Positions 27,316 to 41,500 of a stretch of 64,000 bases of DNA are shown piece by piece. How positions within the stretch are numbered: the stretch's first letter is position 1; the number at the start of each line of letters is the position of its first letter. The stretch is from Bugula neritina (Eukaryota > Animalia > Bryozoa): contig OZ037768.1 in assembly GCA_964035545.1 (NCBI GenBank), positions 22,539,319 to 22,603,318 on the forward strand. Direction: 5' to 3'. The notes under the pieces are model-generated. The model was not told the DNA's origin. It worked only from the letters and a program-made list of their open reading frames with translations, and searched no databases. A program made the translations under genes and the position numbers.

Positions 27316-30300
27316 TCACCTTTTACCATTCGATTTATTTTTATTCTTTGATTTTGATTTCTTAACTGAAAGCATTTGTCCATAAAGTGAGTTCAAGGAC
27401 TCAAAAAGACCTTCACCAATCAGAGCGATAGCTGGCTGTATTGTCCAAGGGTGGGTAGAGCTGAGTTCATGTAAACCTAAACTCCTCTCCAGCTCGGCAC
27501 AGCTTCTGGCACCTGGCAGATCTTGTTTGTTGGCTATGATTACTATAGGCACTCCGAGGGTCTCCGTGTTCTTTGCTATTCTATTCAGCTCGATCTTTGC
27601 TTCTTCAAATCTTTCGCAGTCACAACTGTCCACCACAAATATTATGCCTAAAGCAAACAACCTTTCCATGAGAACATACAGTAACTAATAAATGGTGCCT
27701 AGTCATGTCATATCAGAACAATATGTATTTATGAGCTGTTTAATATACATGTTAAAGTAGGCTGTGGTAGATAAGATGTTGTGTGGATACAATCAGATGT
27801 TGGGTAGCCCATCATATCATTATGCTACATGCAACTTTGGCAGTTACGGTAATATATCTTTCTTTTTTATATTGGCCTTAGGTTTGGGCTGGGCATGTCA
27901 GTCAATCATGCTGGTATTGAAAACGAAAACCAGGGTTGGAATATGAAAATTTCTGTAGCTGCCAAAATCATAAATAACTCGGGTAATAATTTGGTTATTT
28001 TGTCTCTCTTAGTCAGATCAGCTTGGGTGGTTTCAGTAGGTAAGTTTGAGCAAAACAGGAGTCATATTTAGGACTATTATAAGCTGACAAAGTATGGTAT
28101 ACGAAAATACCTAATGGCGTGAGATATGACAGATAAGATTCTGGTAGCAAGTCTCAGAAAAGAATTGAACAAAGACAACATTACTGCTGACAACTAGTGA
28201 AAACTCATCAATAGAAGGTCACATGAAAAGTCATAATGATTGCTCCATTTCCCTAATGGATTGCTATTTGATGCACGATCTACATGCAGATAGCCACAGA
28301 AAGCAGCCGAACTCATCATTCACTAACCATGCTTCCTCCAACGAACTAGTATAACATTTTTTATCACTGTGATAATATCATTGATATGAGGAATCATATT
28401 CTAATATTACTATAATTATACTAAACATCCTTCTCCATAGTGAAGAAATTAGGAAAAGCCTGTGTTTTGGATAAGAAGCCATACAAATCAAGATTTTGTG
28501 AGATTTTCAACACACAATCTAAACCACAAATATAAAAAACAATTAAATAACTTGGGCTACGGAGATTTTTCAGTTGCCTCACGTACATGTTAGATTTTGA
28601 GATGGAGTTTAGATTATTCTTTGAAGATTTTAATGCTTGGACCTATGCTGTCACTTTGACCTATGCTGTCACTTTGACCTTTGCTGTCACTTTGACCTAT
28701 GCTGTTAGCAGCAGAAGATCACAAATCTTTTTTGATTCCAGCTGACATTCTTAGCAGTGTAATGATCACAGCAAGAGTCTGTAAAATCTATTTTATATTG
28801 TGTCAATTTAGTGTCGGCATAAATTTGATTATTAATAATAGACTATACCACGACATATTAATAATATTTTGTGGAATAGTCTTAAAACTAAGATTGTTTA
28901 TTACATCAGTCCCTGGAAGAGCCTTTAAGCATAGTTGAAGTAATTAAAAAAAATTTGAACAAATAATGATGTTCAGTAGAAAGAGTCTAAAATCTTGCCA
29001 GTCAGACAACACGAATTCTCATCAGATATTTTATGTTTGATTAAAAGATAAGCAAATTTTGGAAGATGCAGTTTCAGTTATTATAGTCTCTAAGTCACCA
29101 AATTCTCTGATACCTGTGAATTTGGTGACAAAAAGAGTGATAAAACTTGTTATAGATAAATTCGTGACAAGGTTAATAATGAATGGCTAATATTACTGAT
29201 AGTTGCAGGGTGAAAATCCAGTCAAACTCTCTGAAATGACGTGAATCGTGAGTCACGAGGATTATGTGCCCAAAAATCTTGAGCAAACAATGAAATGATG
29301 AAAGAAACAGAGTCACACATCATTGCACAAGATTAAAGAGTGTGTCTATTAAAATCGCTGAGTAAGTGTTGGGTAAATTGTACAGTAGTTCCGTATGCAG
29401 AGCAACAAGTAAAACCAAAGTGTTGAAATTTCTGCACACTAAGTGAACCAAATGCGTAATTGTACTTTCTTTAGGTTAGCACAAGTTCTAGTAGAACTCT
29501 GTAATATAAGAAGGTGATTGTCGTGTTCCAACCTGATATATAAAACCCAAGCTAGATAAAGCTCTACATCTCTATAATTATCGTTGAAATGCTGAATTAG
29601 AAATTGTCTTTCCAGTTGGTGTTTTGTGTCAAATTAAACCAGTGACTGATTGACTATATCAATTTGGCAAAAGCTACCATCTCTGTATATAAGAGTCCCC
29701 CCTTACACCCCCTACACCCTACACCCTATGTATACAGGTACAATGCTATTAGCTACCATCTTTCTCCACCAGTTTCCTATCATGTTTGTATAACTATAAT
29801 GTGAAGTCAATAAATGAGAAAAACCCCTTTCCATGCATCAAAGTCATGCAGTGTTTGATGCATGGAAACCAGTCTCAATGATGAGCTGATATAAGATAAA
29901 ACTTAGTATTCTGATACTTATATTCCTGGCTAGAAGATATACATCTCTAACATATAGCCTTGGTTTCAATTTACAGATCTGAACCTTATAGCTTTATTTT
30001 ACATCTTCACTAGAGCCAAAGCTACACAAAACCCTCTGCATGCTATTGTATGCATAGGAGGCAGCTATAAGTTGTTTTGGTATAGCCTCAGTTCTAGCAT
30101 ACAACCATGACATGGAGGGCTGTCTATCTTGTAAACAAACCAGCTAGAAATGGAATTACGCATAGAAGTTAGTTTATAGATTTTATACGCAACGTAAGTA
30201 GCTGCCATGTCACAACCAATGCTGCTAACTAAAATTTGCACACCACCTATACAGACTTTTTAACAAATGAGCCTTGGAATTTTTTAAATATTGCAGCTAG

Positions 30301-32687
30301 ATAAATATAATAGAGAACTAATAAATGGTATTATATTCTGAATACAGACTGCACATTTTTTACCATTGTTAACCTATTTATTAGCTATACGGGCATATTG
30401 AGTCATGCCTTTAGAATTTATGCAGACAAAGATAAAGTGAGTCACTTAGTCACGAAGGCTCTCTCTTCATGTAAAGAACATTCAAGAGATCAAAGCTTTA
30501 AATATAGAGGTACTCTTCATTTTATGGGCTATTTAACACAATTGTATAAAGGTTATATTATTGCACTTGACTTTACACTGTGCCATACAGTGATGGCCTT
30601 GATTATATATTTTAGCTCAAGTCTAAGTTTCAAAAAGATATGACTTGATGAAATTTTAAATGCACGGCTTGGCATGGAAGAAATCTTGAAATGGGCAGTT
30701 TTTCAGCTTCCAACCATTTAATATATGGTTATTGCCTTGCCAAAACCAACACGTTACATAATATTATAGCATATTGGGTATAACCATGTAGAGTTATATC
30801 TGTAATAGCTTTAGTAACACCAAAAGAAGAAAATTAAACTGCATGAATACAATAAGACATATGACCTACATATATAACCTTTCAACAAAACCTCCACTCA
30901 GATAAAATCTATCTTGAACAACAACAAGCTATATTCAAAAGCTGCCAATATTAGAGTGCTAGCCCCAAAGCAACAAACTTCCAGTTGCAATCAATGACTA
31001 GTAGCAGCAGACTAATGATTGTATAATAATGCAAGGTGTATGCTTGAATGAAATAGTCATAACAAATAAGTTGAATAAGGATTAGTATATGAACAGTAGC
31101 TATGCAGCTGCTGCCTGAAGCAGCAATAGCAGCAGCAGCAGTAGTAGTAGTAGAACATTGTGCTAAGCATCTGTTATACAGGCTAACATATAGGATTGTT
31201 ATTAAAATTAAGTATCAGAAAGTCATCAAATTATTCCCACATCAACTTTCCAATATGGCCACTAAAGTTAAGTGCATTTTTCTGCAGTTTTCGAAAACTG
31301 CTGTTAGCAGCTCAAAAAACCATGACAATATTTTAGCCTACCTTCCGTGTGATGCATATATGTGTTCCAAAGGGGACGTAGCTTATCCTGCCCCCCAATA
31401 TCCCAGATTGTAAATGAAACTCCTTTAGATTTGCCAATGTGACCTTTAACCTTCTCGCAGTTGAAGCCGATAGTGGGTACAGTGTTCATGTACTGCTCCA
31501 GCTTCATTCTGTACAGAACTGCAGTAACAGATATCATTGTGGTATTGTGGGCTAGACATTAGCTGTGGGTATAGCAAGATATGATACACAGGGCAGCTGA
31601 TGGGTCTTGCTAACCAAAGAGATAAAAAAGTTGATTTCAATCAGTCTGAGTTTCAGCTTAATGGAAGAAGTTGAACGCTCATAAGTTCTAACTAGTATAA
31701 GTAGAGGTTTAAGCTAAAAATAGCCTTCTGGAATGTATCCTGGCAGCCACGCTGCCTTAGGAGCAGAGTCAGCATACCTAGAGATAGCAGTTGATTAGAT
31801 AGATCAGTTGTATAGCAACATTAGCTGCCAGAAATATAACGGCTATCACCAAACATGTTGGTTACAAAACTACTTTCTCTATAATAAAAACAGGTAATGG
31901 AAGCATCTCAGTATATCATCATTTGTAGCTTAAACAGCGGAATAAATTGCCTAGTCAGGGGTGTACCTGGGGACAAAGTCAGGGGTTTGCTTAGGGGTAT
32001 AGGTAGGGGTGTACTTGGAGGTGTACCTGGGGGCAAAGTCAGGAGTACAGCCTGGAAGCTATTATATTTAAGGCTCATTAGTGTTGCCATCACCAAATAA
32101 ATAATATCTCATGAGGTTATTTTCGCAATATGTGTGGTCTAAAGGCTTTGACTGTCATTCAGTTTCCAATAGTTGAATAGGAGTTTAAACTTTGAACCCA
32201 ACCAATTAAGTCAGATTTAATTTCCTTTTCTGTAATCAACAGCTGGAACTTGGACTTCACCAGAATAATGATGTCTGGGCTAGCTGCCACAGAGTACAAG
32301 TGTTCAATGACTCAACTTGCCTCTTTAAAATCTATGTACTGTGCAGTAACCGCGAAATTTTATTAGCCTAAATTCTTTAACTTTTTTTAATGAACTTTGG
32401 TTTGGAGTGCGGGCTAATAGTAATACTCAAACCAGAGAACGTTGGCTTTTCTCAATTCTTTCGTTACTGCACATGCAACAATTATTAATCCCAAATATCT
32501 AATTCTATGAAAGCTGAACCCTATCTACAGTTGGTTAAGAATTAAGTAATCAAACGGCTCTCTTGTACAGAATGAGAATGACTAGCAACTTACCTGTAGT
32601 TTTACCTGCACAGTCTAGTCCTAGCATCACTATATGCCGGTATGTAGATGTGAACAGCTGACTGAAAGTAGATTGCTGACTACCCAT
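27316..32687 (-). CDS. ARL4: ADP-ribosylation factor-like GTPase 4 (ARL4A/C/D family), 200 aa, 3 coding exons
   Basis: Exons 32687-32594 (MGSQQS...HIVMLGLDCAGKTT), 31518-31342 (VLYRMK..NTVPTIGFNCEKV..WDIGGQDKLRPLW), 27647-27316 (GIIFVVDS..ANKQDLP..WTIQPA..GEGL, basic tail KKSKSKNKNKSNGKR). 603 nt, phases match. N-terminal Gly2 and C-terminal basic cluster are typical of ARL4. Confidence 0.9.
28640..28705. repeat. 18-bp tandem repeat (GACCTATGCTGTCACTTT) x3.5
   Basis: Direct reading, in ARL4 intron 2. Confidence 0.85.
32339..32473. mobile_element. MITE-like element with short TIRs; related copy inverted at ~51755-51815
   Basis: TA|CTGTGCAGTAAC...GTTACTGCACA ends. The internal TAGCCTAA...TTTGGTTTGG..GCGGG segment matches the reverse complement of 51755-51815. 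Confidence 0.55.
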
Positions 32688-35510
32688 ACCGCTGCCGATG
32701 ATGGTCTGTCGAATGATTGATGAGTATTGATTGTGTATAGATTATAGATGCTGTTACTCCAGTAAATATCCACTCAACATTCCCAGAGCACGCTGGTGTC
32801 TACTGACAAGTTATGAAATAATTCTACAAAATGGTTGGCTAATTATATAGTTAGCAATTATACCCCTCTATTATACAGTCGGCATACAAATGCTAGCTTA
32901 TTATACATGCAGATTGTGATCAATAATACAGCTAATGTAGAAGCGTGCACGTAGTATCGGTGCCTATGGTAATATACTATGTATATGTTATGATTATCGC
33001 GATACAACGTGCAACAACACTATTTGCGATGTATACATAATGCATGTTCCTGATTGGCTGGCCACCGCGCACTCATGCGTAGTATTAGAGGATACTTTTT
33101 ACTATACAAACAGAGTATTGAGCCTATCGTAATATCCGGTGTTAAGCCTCATCTCTAACTTATCATCTTAAAATATTATATAATTTTTATGCTATAACTT
33201 AAGGCTATCACAATGCACAATATGCATAATTACATACAAGGCAAGATATCTATTTAATAAAATGCATAAAAGCTAGTGGGCATAAACCATCATTGAAATG
33301 AGAGTTTATACCCAGTTATAGTGAAAGCTTTCTTAGCAGGAAGTGTATAAATCAAGTTCGGTCACCCAAAATGAATATAAATGTACAACTTCGTTCATAT
33401 AATATTTATAACTCATCAAATTGAATTGAAGATTTGAAATAGAATAAAATTGAAACTTCAAATGGAAATATTGCATTTTTTTACCTTAGCAGCTGAAAAG
33501 CAGCCGGTACTTCGGCAGCACCTGGCAGCAATTGAGAAGTAACTGCAGGTGATGTTGTCTGATCGCATATAAGCAAGGACAATGATGACTCTACAAGACT
33601 AGCTGAAAGCACTGAATTTGCACTGCCTCTCGTTTTCTGACCTTACATATTCAATCAAGATATCAATATTTACATAAGTCTTTTGTTACCAAACAATATC
33701 CTTTGGGCTTTAGCTATTATGATACAAGTCAGACCATTGAGAAAGAATCAATAGGTAACCTGATTCTCAGTGCATTCTAGGTGTACAATTCCATAATTAA
33801 ATAATTATTGTAATATAATTATTATTGTACTTATATTGTGCATGCTTTCATTACTTGGGGTTATGCTCTCTTCTATCACTGAGGGAATCAAGTACTAATA
33901 ACTCCAATTTATTATTTATGTAATGACTCATTATTATTATATTATGAGTATGTGCAGGTTTGTCTATGAAGGGTCTTTAGAACGCCTAGATTTATGTGAA
34001 TATCTTGATGTATTAGATATATACGATATATATATCGTAATTTATATATATATATATATGAGTAAGTGAGGGCATGTGTTATTAGTTATTACTATGTTAA
34101 CAGTTGGGAATGCTTTTTCTCATATGCTTTGAATCAGTATTTTTCTTTTAAGAATGTAGCAAACTGTGACAAAATCTAGTAGGAATGTCAGTTGTATCAA
34201 GTAGAATTGGATTCATGCCCCCTGAAGTACAGCTATTGTTAATTGTTACTATTTACATTAGCCATGTCTGTTGCGCTTTTATATATTATTATAAGGGTTT
34301 ATTGCCATCGGTACCTCACTAATCTTTCCTAAGCTATATGGACAATTCTGTGAGTTTCAATGCTTGCTACTGATTCAAAAAATTAATGCATATATATGTT
34401 CTGTTATATCTATTTAATGGGAAGTATGAGCAACAAAATATGCAGCTAGTTTATACTGGTTATTAATTTTATATACAACAAAAGTGAAGAAGTTGTATAG
34501 TTTATATTGCCGCTGATATATTTTTATTATAATATTTACAATGAAGGAAATGGATTCTAAAAAAATGTCTAGCAAATGGTGATGTCATTGAGATAGATTT
34601 TAGATACTAAAAAGCTGAAAAACGACTTTCAAGGAATTACAGCATCTCATTAGAATTAGATAGTAGGGGTTTGGCATCTGAGACATGAAAGAATATTGAG
34701 TTGTTGTGGCCTATTTTTAACAGAAACTTCAGAAATCAATCAGCATACAGACTCTAATATAAACCCGTGTCTCTACCCCTATGTATATCCCTATATCTAC
34801 ATGAACATCTATGCATTTTTCCCTATATCTTTAGTTATTTTGATTAATAGAATTTATAGTTTGAAAAACAAAGGCTGTTTTTAAGCTATCAAAAGTAGAT
34901 AGGACTTGTGGATCATAGGATATTATAGCTATTGATGGCTATAGGTACTTTCAGAGTGCCAAGGTTCGATAAACAAATTAAATTATGTTGGTTTAATTAC
35001 AGCAATAGCAAAAGCTGGATCAATGTAGAAAAACGAGGTTTTTGAATAGCCTTAAAACTGCAAAAGTAAAACTTGTAAATTGCATTCAACATCGTCATAA
35101 TATACTGAAGTTATTTTGGTTAATTGTATAATGTTTTGTTAAAATTTAAATAGAAAACATAAACAAAATTATTTTTTCAGCAAGTGCAAAAAACATGTAC
35201 TACGATTGAATATGCTTTCGGTTTAAGATTTTTGTTGAAACCGAAACCTGTCTTAATCTAGGTTTCAGTCTTTCTAAGTTCGTAATTCTTCATCAACCAA
35301 ACGAATAGCTAAAATGAAAATAGCAATTAATCTAATCTAGTAGAGCAATCTGTATCATGGCGTTAACAATTGGTTAATTTGCCGACATACACTAACATTA
35401 ACAGTTACACATACTTATAACATTGAAAGATAAAGTAAAGTGTCTTACATGTACATTCCGGTATCTATCTTCTTCTTGGTGCAGGATTAAATTTATTTAC
35501 TACCATAATC

Positions 35511-38500
35511 ATGAAAATTTTGAAGCCGCCATGGGTCAACCACAATGGTAATAACTTTTAGACTTAGTACTGCTAGTACTAGTACTACTACTAGTAGACG
35601 TAGTCACGTACTCGTAGTAATGCGAAAGTAAAAATATACTAATAGTAATAGTATTAATATCAGTTATCATTTATTTTTTAACTTGGAGTAATTTACAGTT
35701 ACTCTAACTCTTCCTTTTAGTACAACTACAAATGCAAGTGACTTACTTTTACTTAAACTTTTAGTTTTAATAACTATAACTCAGACTGTCAGCTTGAGTA
35801 TGACTATCACTGTGACTGTGAATTTCACTTGCACTTGCAGTATCAGTATGGGTATGATTGAGTACCAGTATCACGTAAACTTGCAGCTGCACTGTGATTA
35901 TAGCTGTGCCAATTATGCTAATAAAAAATCAACATGAACATTGGCAGTAGGAGTATAATTTTAAGTCTAAGATTATCAGTAGGAATATTATCATTATGAT
36001 CGTGCAGTTATAGTTCATCTAGACCTAAAGCTAAAAAATATTGTTGCTATTTCAGCTGTGACGTGGATTTAACTACTCACAATTTTTTTATTACTATTTC
36101 AAGTTGACATCATATATATATTCACTTGATCAAGTCGTTTAACATTAATTCAAATCAACTATATTAGGCCTACATTCAAGTCATTCATTGACTTGACTTG
36201 GAATTGACTTCAAACATGACTTGACTCAGTCAGCCTTCAGTACTATTATCATTATGATAAGTTATCATAGACATAGTTATACCTGTAGTCTTGCACTCAA
36301 CTTATAGCAATGCTTATACCTATACTTGTAGTAATGGTGAAATAATTAATAATTATTGAAGAATAACTATAAGCTTAATCTAAATCATACTGGAGCTCGT
36401 TTTAAGAATATTAATTGCCTTTATTTATCTCTAACCTTTTATAAAATTATAATGTTTTCATGTATACTTGCTTATAATAATGTATTTTGTTACTTGAAAT
36501 TTGTAACATTTGTCAACTCATTAATATCGCTACGTTTTCTGTTTGGAGTCACACTCGGGTTTCTAATCAATGAAAGAAAAGGTTGATGACAGAATGAAAT
36601 TTATGCAAAATTCGTTAACTATACAACGAAAATATCAGCTATTTTATATGTTACGAGATACAACTTTGATAGATTATAAATTTTATTTTCAGTATTGGAC
36701 AATGCTGAGATATTCCAAGTAAATCGTTACTAACTTGCTCAAACATTGCAGGTTTAAAATGTTTTTCTGTTGTTTTTCTAGATAAGCCTATCTTCTCTAT
36801 TGATGTGCACCCAGATGGGACTCGCTTTGCCACTGCTGGACAAGGTAACACTTAGTGAAAGTTAACAAACATGACATCTACAATTATGTGTAGTACGTAT
36901 AGTATATATTCACTAACATGTATTCTAAATGCTGCTTGTTGGTTGTGACAGGCGATTCATCTGGGCGCATCACCATCTGGAATGTTCTCCCGCTCATCTC
37001 ATTGGAGAACGAGAAGAATAGCAGTCTACCCAAAATGCTCTGCCAAATGGACAACCACTTTGCGTGTGTCAACTGTGTTCGCTGGAGTAATGCCGGAACA
37101 TTCCTAGCGTCTGCCGGGGATGACAAACTGATAATGATATGGAGGTGGGTGGAGCTAGCAGTTACACCTGGGGAGTAGTATTAGCTTGTTACTGCATAGT
37201 ATATATATTCACTGTTGTGTTTCTTGTAGATATGCCGGTGGGAGTTCTAAAGTGTTTGGAAGTTCTCAAGAGAATTTAGAGAGCTGGAGGTGTATATATA
37301 CTCTGAGAGGTCATTCCGGAGGTTTGTGTAAACATCCTGTACTTTATACTCTTCTACTGTATATCCTGTACTTTATACTCTTCTACTGTATATCCTGTAC
37401 TGTATGCTCTTCTACTGTATATCCTGTACTATATACTCTTCCACTGTATATCCTGTATTATATACTCTTCTACTGTATATCCTGTACTATATACTCTTCT
37501 ACTGTATATCCTGTACTATATACTCTTCTACTGTATATTCTGTACTGTGTACTCTTCTACTGTATGTCCTGTACTATATGCTCTTCTACTGTAATCATGT
37601 ACTATATGCTCACGAGATGTCTTCTACTGTATTATATAAAGTAATATTTATGATCTACTGCAGATGTCTTGGACTTATCCTGGTCTCCCCAAGACAAGTA
37701 TCTAGCCACTTGCAGTGTGGATAACACAGCCATCATCTGGAATGCCCTCAAGTTTCCAGGTATGAGAGTCAAAGCTGCCATCTATGTTTTAGTAGAACAC
37801 TCTTCATTACATGATTTTACTCATTTTGGATCCATTTTATTCAGTGTAAAAAATTAATTTTGTTGGTAAATAAAACTAGCCAATACATGTATGTTAATGC
37901 TATGAGTATGGGGATATGTCAAAAGAAGTGCAAGCTTACAGTTCCATGTGGGACAGCTTTTTCGATGTTGCTTTACCAGCTTCAACTTTTTAAGATGTGT
38001 ATTATATCACATTACCTGTAAGAATTCATATATTTTCTGAGCTACTGATTATACTGTGTTGAGAGTAAGACTGAGTCACCTGATACTGTCTATATAATGC
38101 CAGCTGTAAAGTACAGAGGTGTCATAAGAAAGTGGTGCAATGATTTTAGAGCAGCTGAGAGTTCTGAAGGGACACATGAGTATGGTGAAGGGGGTGACGT
38201 GGGACCCTATAGGCAAGTATGTGGCCACCCAGTCAGATGACAAGACTCTGATAGTGTGGCGTACTTCCGACTGGCAGCAAGATAAGGTTATAAAGGAACC
38301 CTTCGCAGAGTCTAATGGTACGACTCATGTCCTCAGGCTAGGCTGGAGTCCGGATGGGACATATCTAGTATGTATAGTTGTGTTTACAGTGGTCTATTAG
38401 CTAAACTGTACTGGATAATGTAGGCATACTATGTAATTGATAAGAGTTCAGCAACTTTGTATGTTATATACAGTGGAGGGCCTGAGTATTAGGTATGGAA

Positions 38501-41500
38501 CTTTGATAGGGGGGGGGGGGGGGGGGGGCATGTGTCCTAAGCAGTCAGGAGTTGTGGCTGAATTTGCTTTATTTTTCCAATAGAAGAAATTAATCTCTTA
38601 TGTAATTCCTGTTACTGGAAACATTTTCTTTACATTTTATCACATTTTTTATGTATTGTATATATAATCTATGTACCTTTTATAGCCAACTAAATATAGG
38701 ATTGCTATATTCAGTTGAAGCAAGGCATGCTATGTTGTCATACTATCTTGTATCATATATTTTATTGACACTTGGAACAGGTGTCGGCCCATGCTATGAA
38801 CAACATGGGCCCCACTGCGCAGATCATAGCCCGAGATGGCTGGGACACTGGTATGGACTTTGTGGGGCACAGGAAGGCCGTATCCTGCGTTGTAAGTGAC
38901 TCCTTCTACCTCTACTAGCAACTCCTATTTTTGTCTAAGTTTTTCTCTGGTGAATCTAATGAATGTCATAAAATCTGTGTCATGCTGCAGAAGTAGCGGT
39001 TGTGAAGTCAAGTGTCACTGCTTGCTTGACACTCATTAGCAGGTTCTAAAAGTGGCTTGTGTTGTGACACATGACACATTAACTACGACTAACTGACACA
39101 TGACAGCTAGACTACGACCATCTGATACATTTTATATTTAGATTTATACAGCTGAATGTGTATATGTGATTGCAGTCTCATGTACTTATGTATTATTCCT
39201 GTAACACATCCTCTGTTTGCGTTTAGCGGTTCAACCCTAAACTGTTGAGAAGGTCAGTTAAAGTAAAGAAGAAAAACAAGGAGGAGTGGGTGAAATACTG
39301 CTGCTGCGCTGTCGGCAGCAGAGACAGCTCCTGCTCAGTTTGGGTGTGTATTCACTCCACTCGTTATTATTACTAGTTGTTACTTACTCTCAGTCTACTT
39401 TATGCTCTGGTGTTATAAGGAAGGTGTAGACTAAGATCTAGGAGAATACAACAGTAATAAGCGATTAGTAATTCTTGAAAATTAGGCTGTAGTTCTTTGT
39501 TATCACTTTATGCTATGCGTAGCTGATTGGTTGAATAATCAATGAAGTAATAAAATAACTGGAGATTGTAACCCTGTACTCTGTTTCTATAGTACTAGTT
39601 GCAGTGTAACAGTTAACAGATTGTATATGTTTCCATAGTAACAGCTTTGTTTATATTGTAGTTGACAGCTTTGAGACGCCCTCTAGTGGTGCTGCACGAT
39701 CTCTTCAGCAACTCTGTTATAGACTTGGCCTGGTGAGTAGTAGAGAAGTACTTGCAGACGAGTTATAGTCATATAAATGTGATGTTGCGCTACTATTCTC
39801 TGTGGTATTCCAGGAACGGCAGGGGCACACAACTCTTTCTCTGCTCATCTGATGGCACTATTGCATTCGTAGAATTCACTAAAGAGGAAATTGGCACAGC
39901 CCTGTCAGATGATGAGAAGGTACTGGCTGTAAAAAAAGACATTTTCTAATAGAAAAAATAATATGTCATCTACTACAATTTAAACGCCACGGAAAGTTTG
40001 AATTCAAGTAGAAATGTAAACCGTTATTTTCCTGAGCGGCAAGTTTCTATGTGAGTCTCGGTAAAAACAGTAGTTCAGGTTCTGTATTTTGCTTTACTTT
40101 TAAAAGAATTTATGTGATTTTAATCATTTTGTAGAATAAGGTGCTGTGTGGTCGATATGGTAAATCTACGGTCCTCAATGGATCCGCCCCCACTCGTATC
40201 ATTGAGAATGCAGAGTTACTGAAGCTACACCAACAGAACTTAAGCAATGTGTCTGCAAGTCTACATGACAGAACCAATTCGGTCTCCACGCCAGCTCCTC
40301 GACTTCTAGTCAATGGTTATGTAGGTCTTTATGGTGTAAATATATATACTAGTACAGATGTCATTGTCTTTTCTATCCTTTCAGAGCTGTATGAGAATTA
40401 TTTTCACTCAAATTACTGTTGAGGTTAAATTGTGGAATCTGAAAAGTTGCTATACTTCATACTAGTTCTTATAAACTCTGACACAAAATAGATAGGACAA
40501 CTCCAAATTTTGTAACAGTGTGATTCTTCAAATACTTCTTTTAATTTGAATTGTGTTTTTTCATACTAAAATGTCAGAATAAATGTATAGGTCGTTTTAT
40601 TTTGTGAACCAGTAAGTTAGAGTCTTGAATAGTATAGTGTTGGATTTGTGTGCTGCTGGATTTGTGTAATAAATAATTGTTATTATAGTATAAAACAATT
40701 TTATAAATGATAAAAAAAACATTAGCTAGTCTTTATTTTTTATTTTAGATTTGTACTGAAAAAATTTTTGTATCGTTTTCAAATGGTAGTTTTATTGTAA
40801 CTTCATATTTTGTTTCATGAGAGAGAAGACAACTTCTGTTACCAAATCAAAAAATACTATCAGCATTATATCAGCATCTTATAGCTGAAATTTTATACTT
40901 TTCATATAAAGATCAACAGTTTTGTGAGTTTAAATCTGGCTATGTGATTATTTAGCTTTTTTATGCTTTATAAACAGCTGTTTATTTAAATTTTGTTCAG
41001 CACAATTTTAGTCGTTTTAAAAGATGCATGAATTTGTAGTCGACCTATAATTCAATTTTAGTGGTCTCTCTTTTTTATTTTAGCACACTCCTGATAAATC
41101 TTCTACATCCAGTGCAAAGACCCCATCAGGTGTTCCAAATGTAAGTAATATAGGTGTTGACTGTATGTACTAAAGGTGTTCACTGTAGGTACTAAAGGTA
41201 TTAATTTTTTGAATTTAAATGATTTGGAAACATTTTGCACAATAGGTATACATGTGTACTTGTTCATGGACTATAATTTTCATATATGAATATTTTATGT
41301 TATCTACATCCTAGGTTGAAATATTTCTGCTTTTTAGCTGCATGGTATTTGAAAAAACAGTTTTCGCTTAAATTCTTGAAAAAGCAATATTAATGGAAGT
41401 TATCTGTTGTAAATCCTGTTAAAGATTCAACTTCTCTTTTCAGTTATATAATGCTGAATTTTCTAGACTCCAAGCAAGCAGATTGAAACACGTACTAAAG

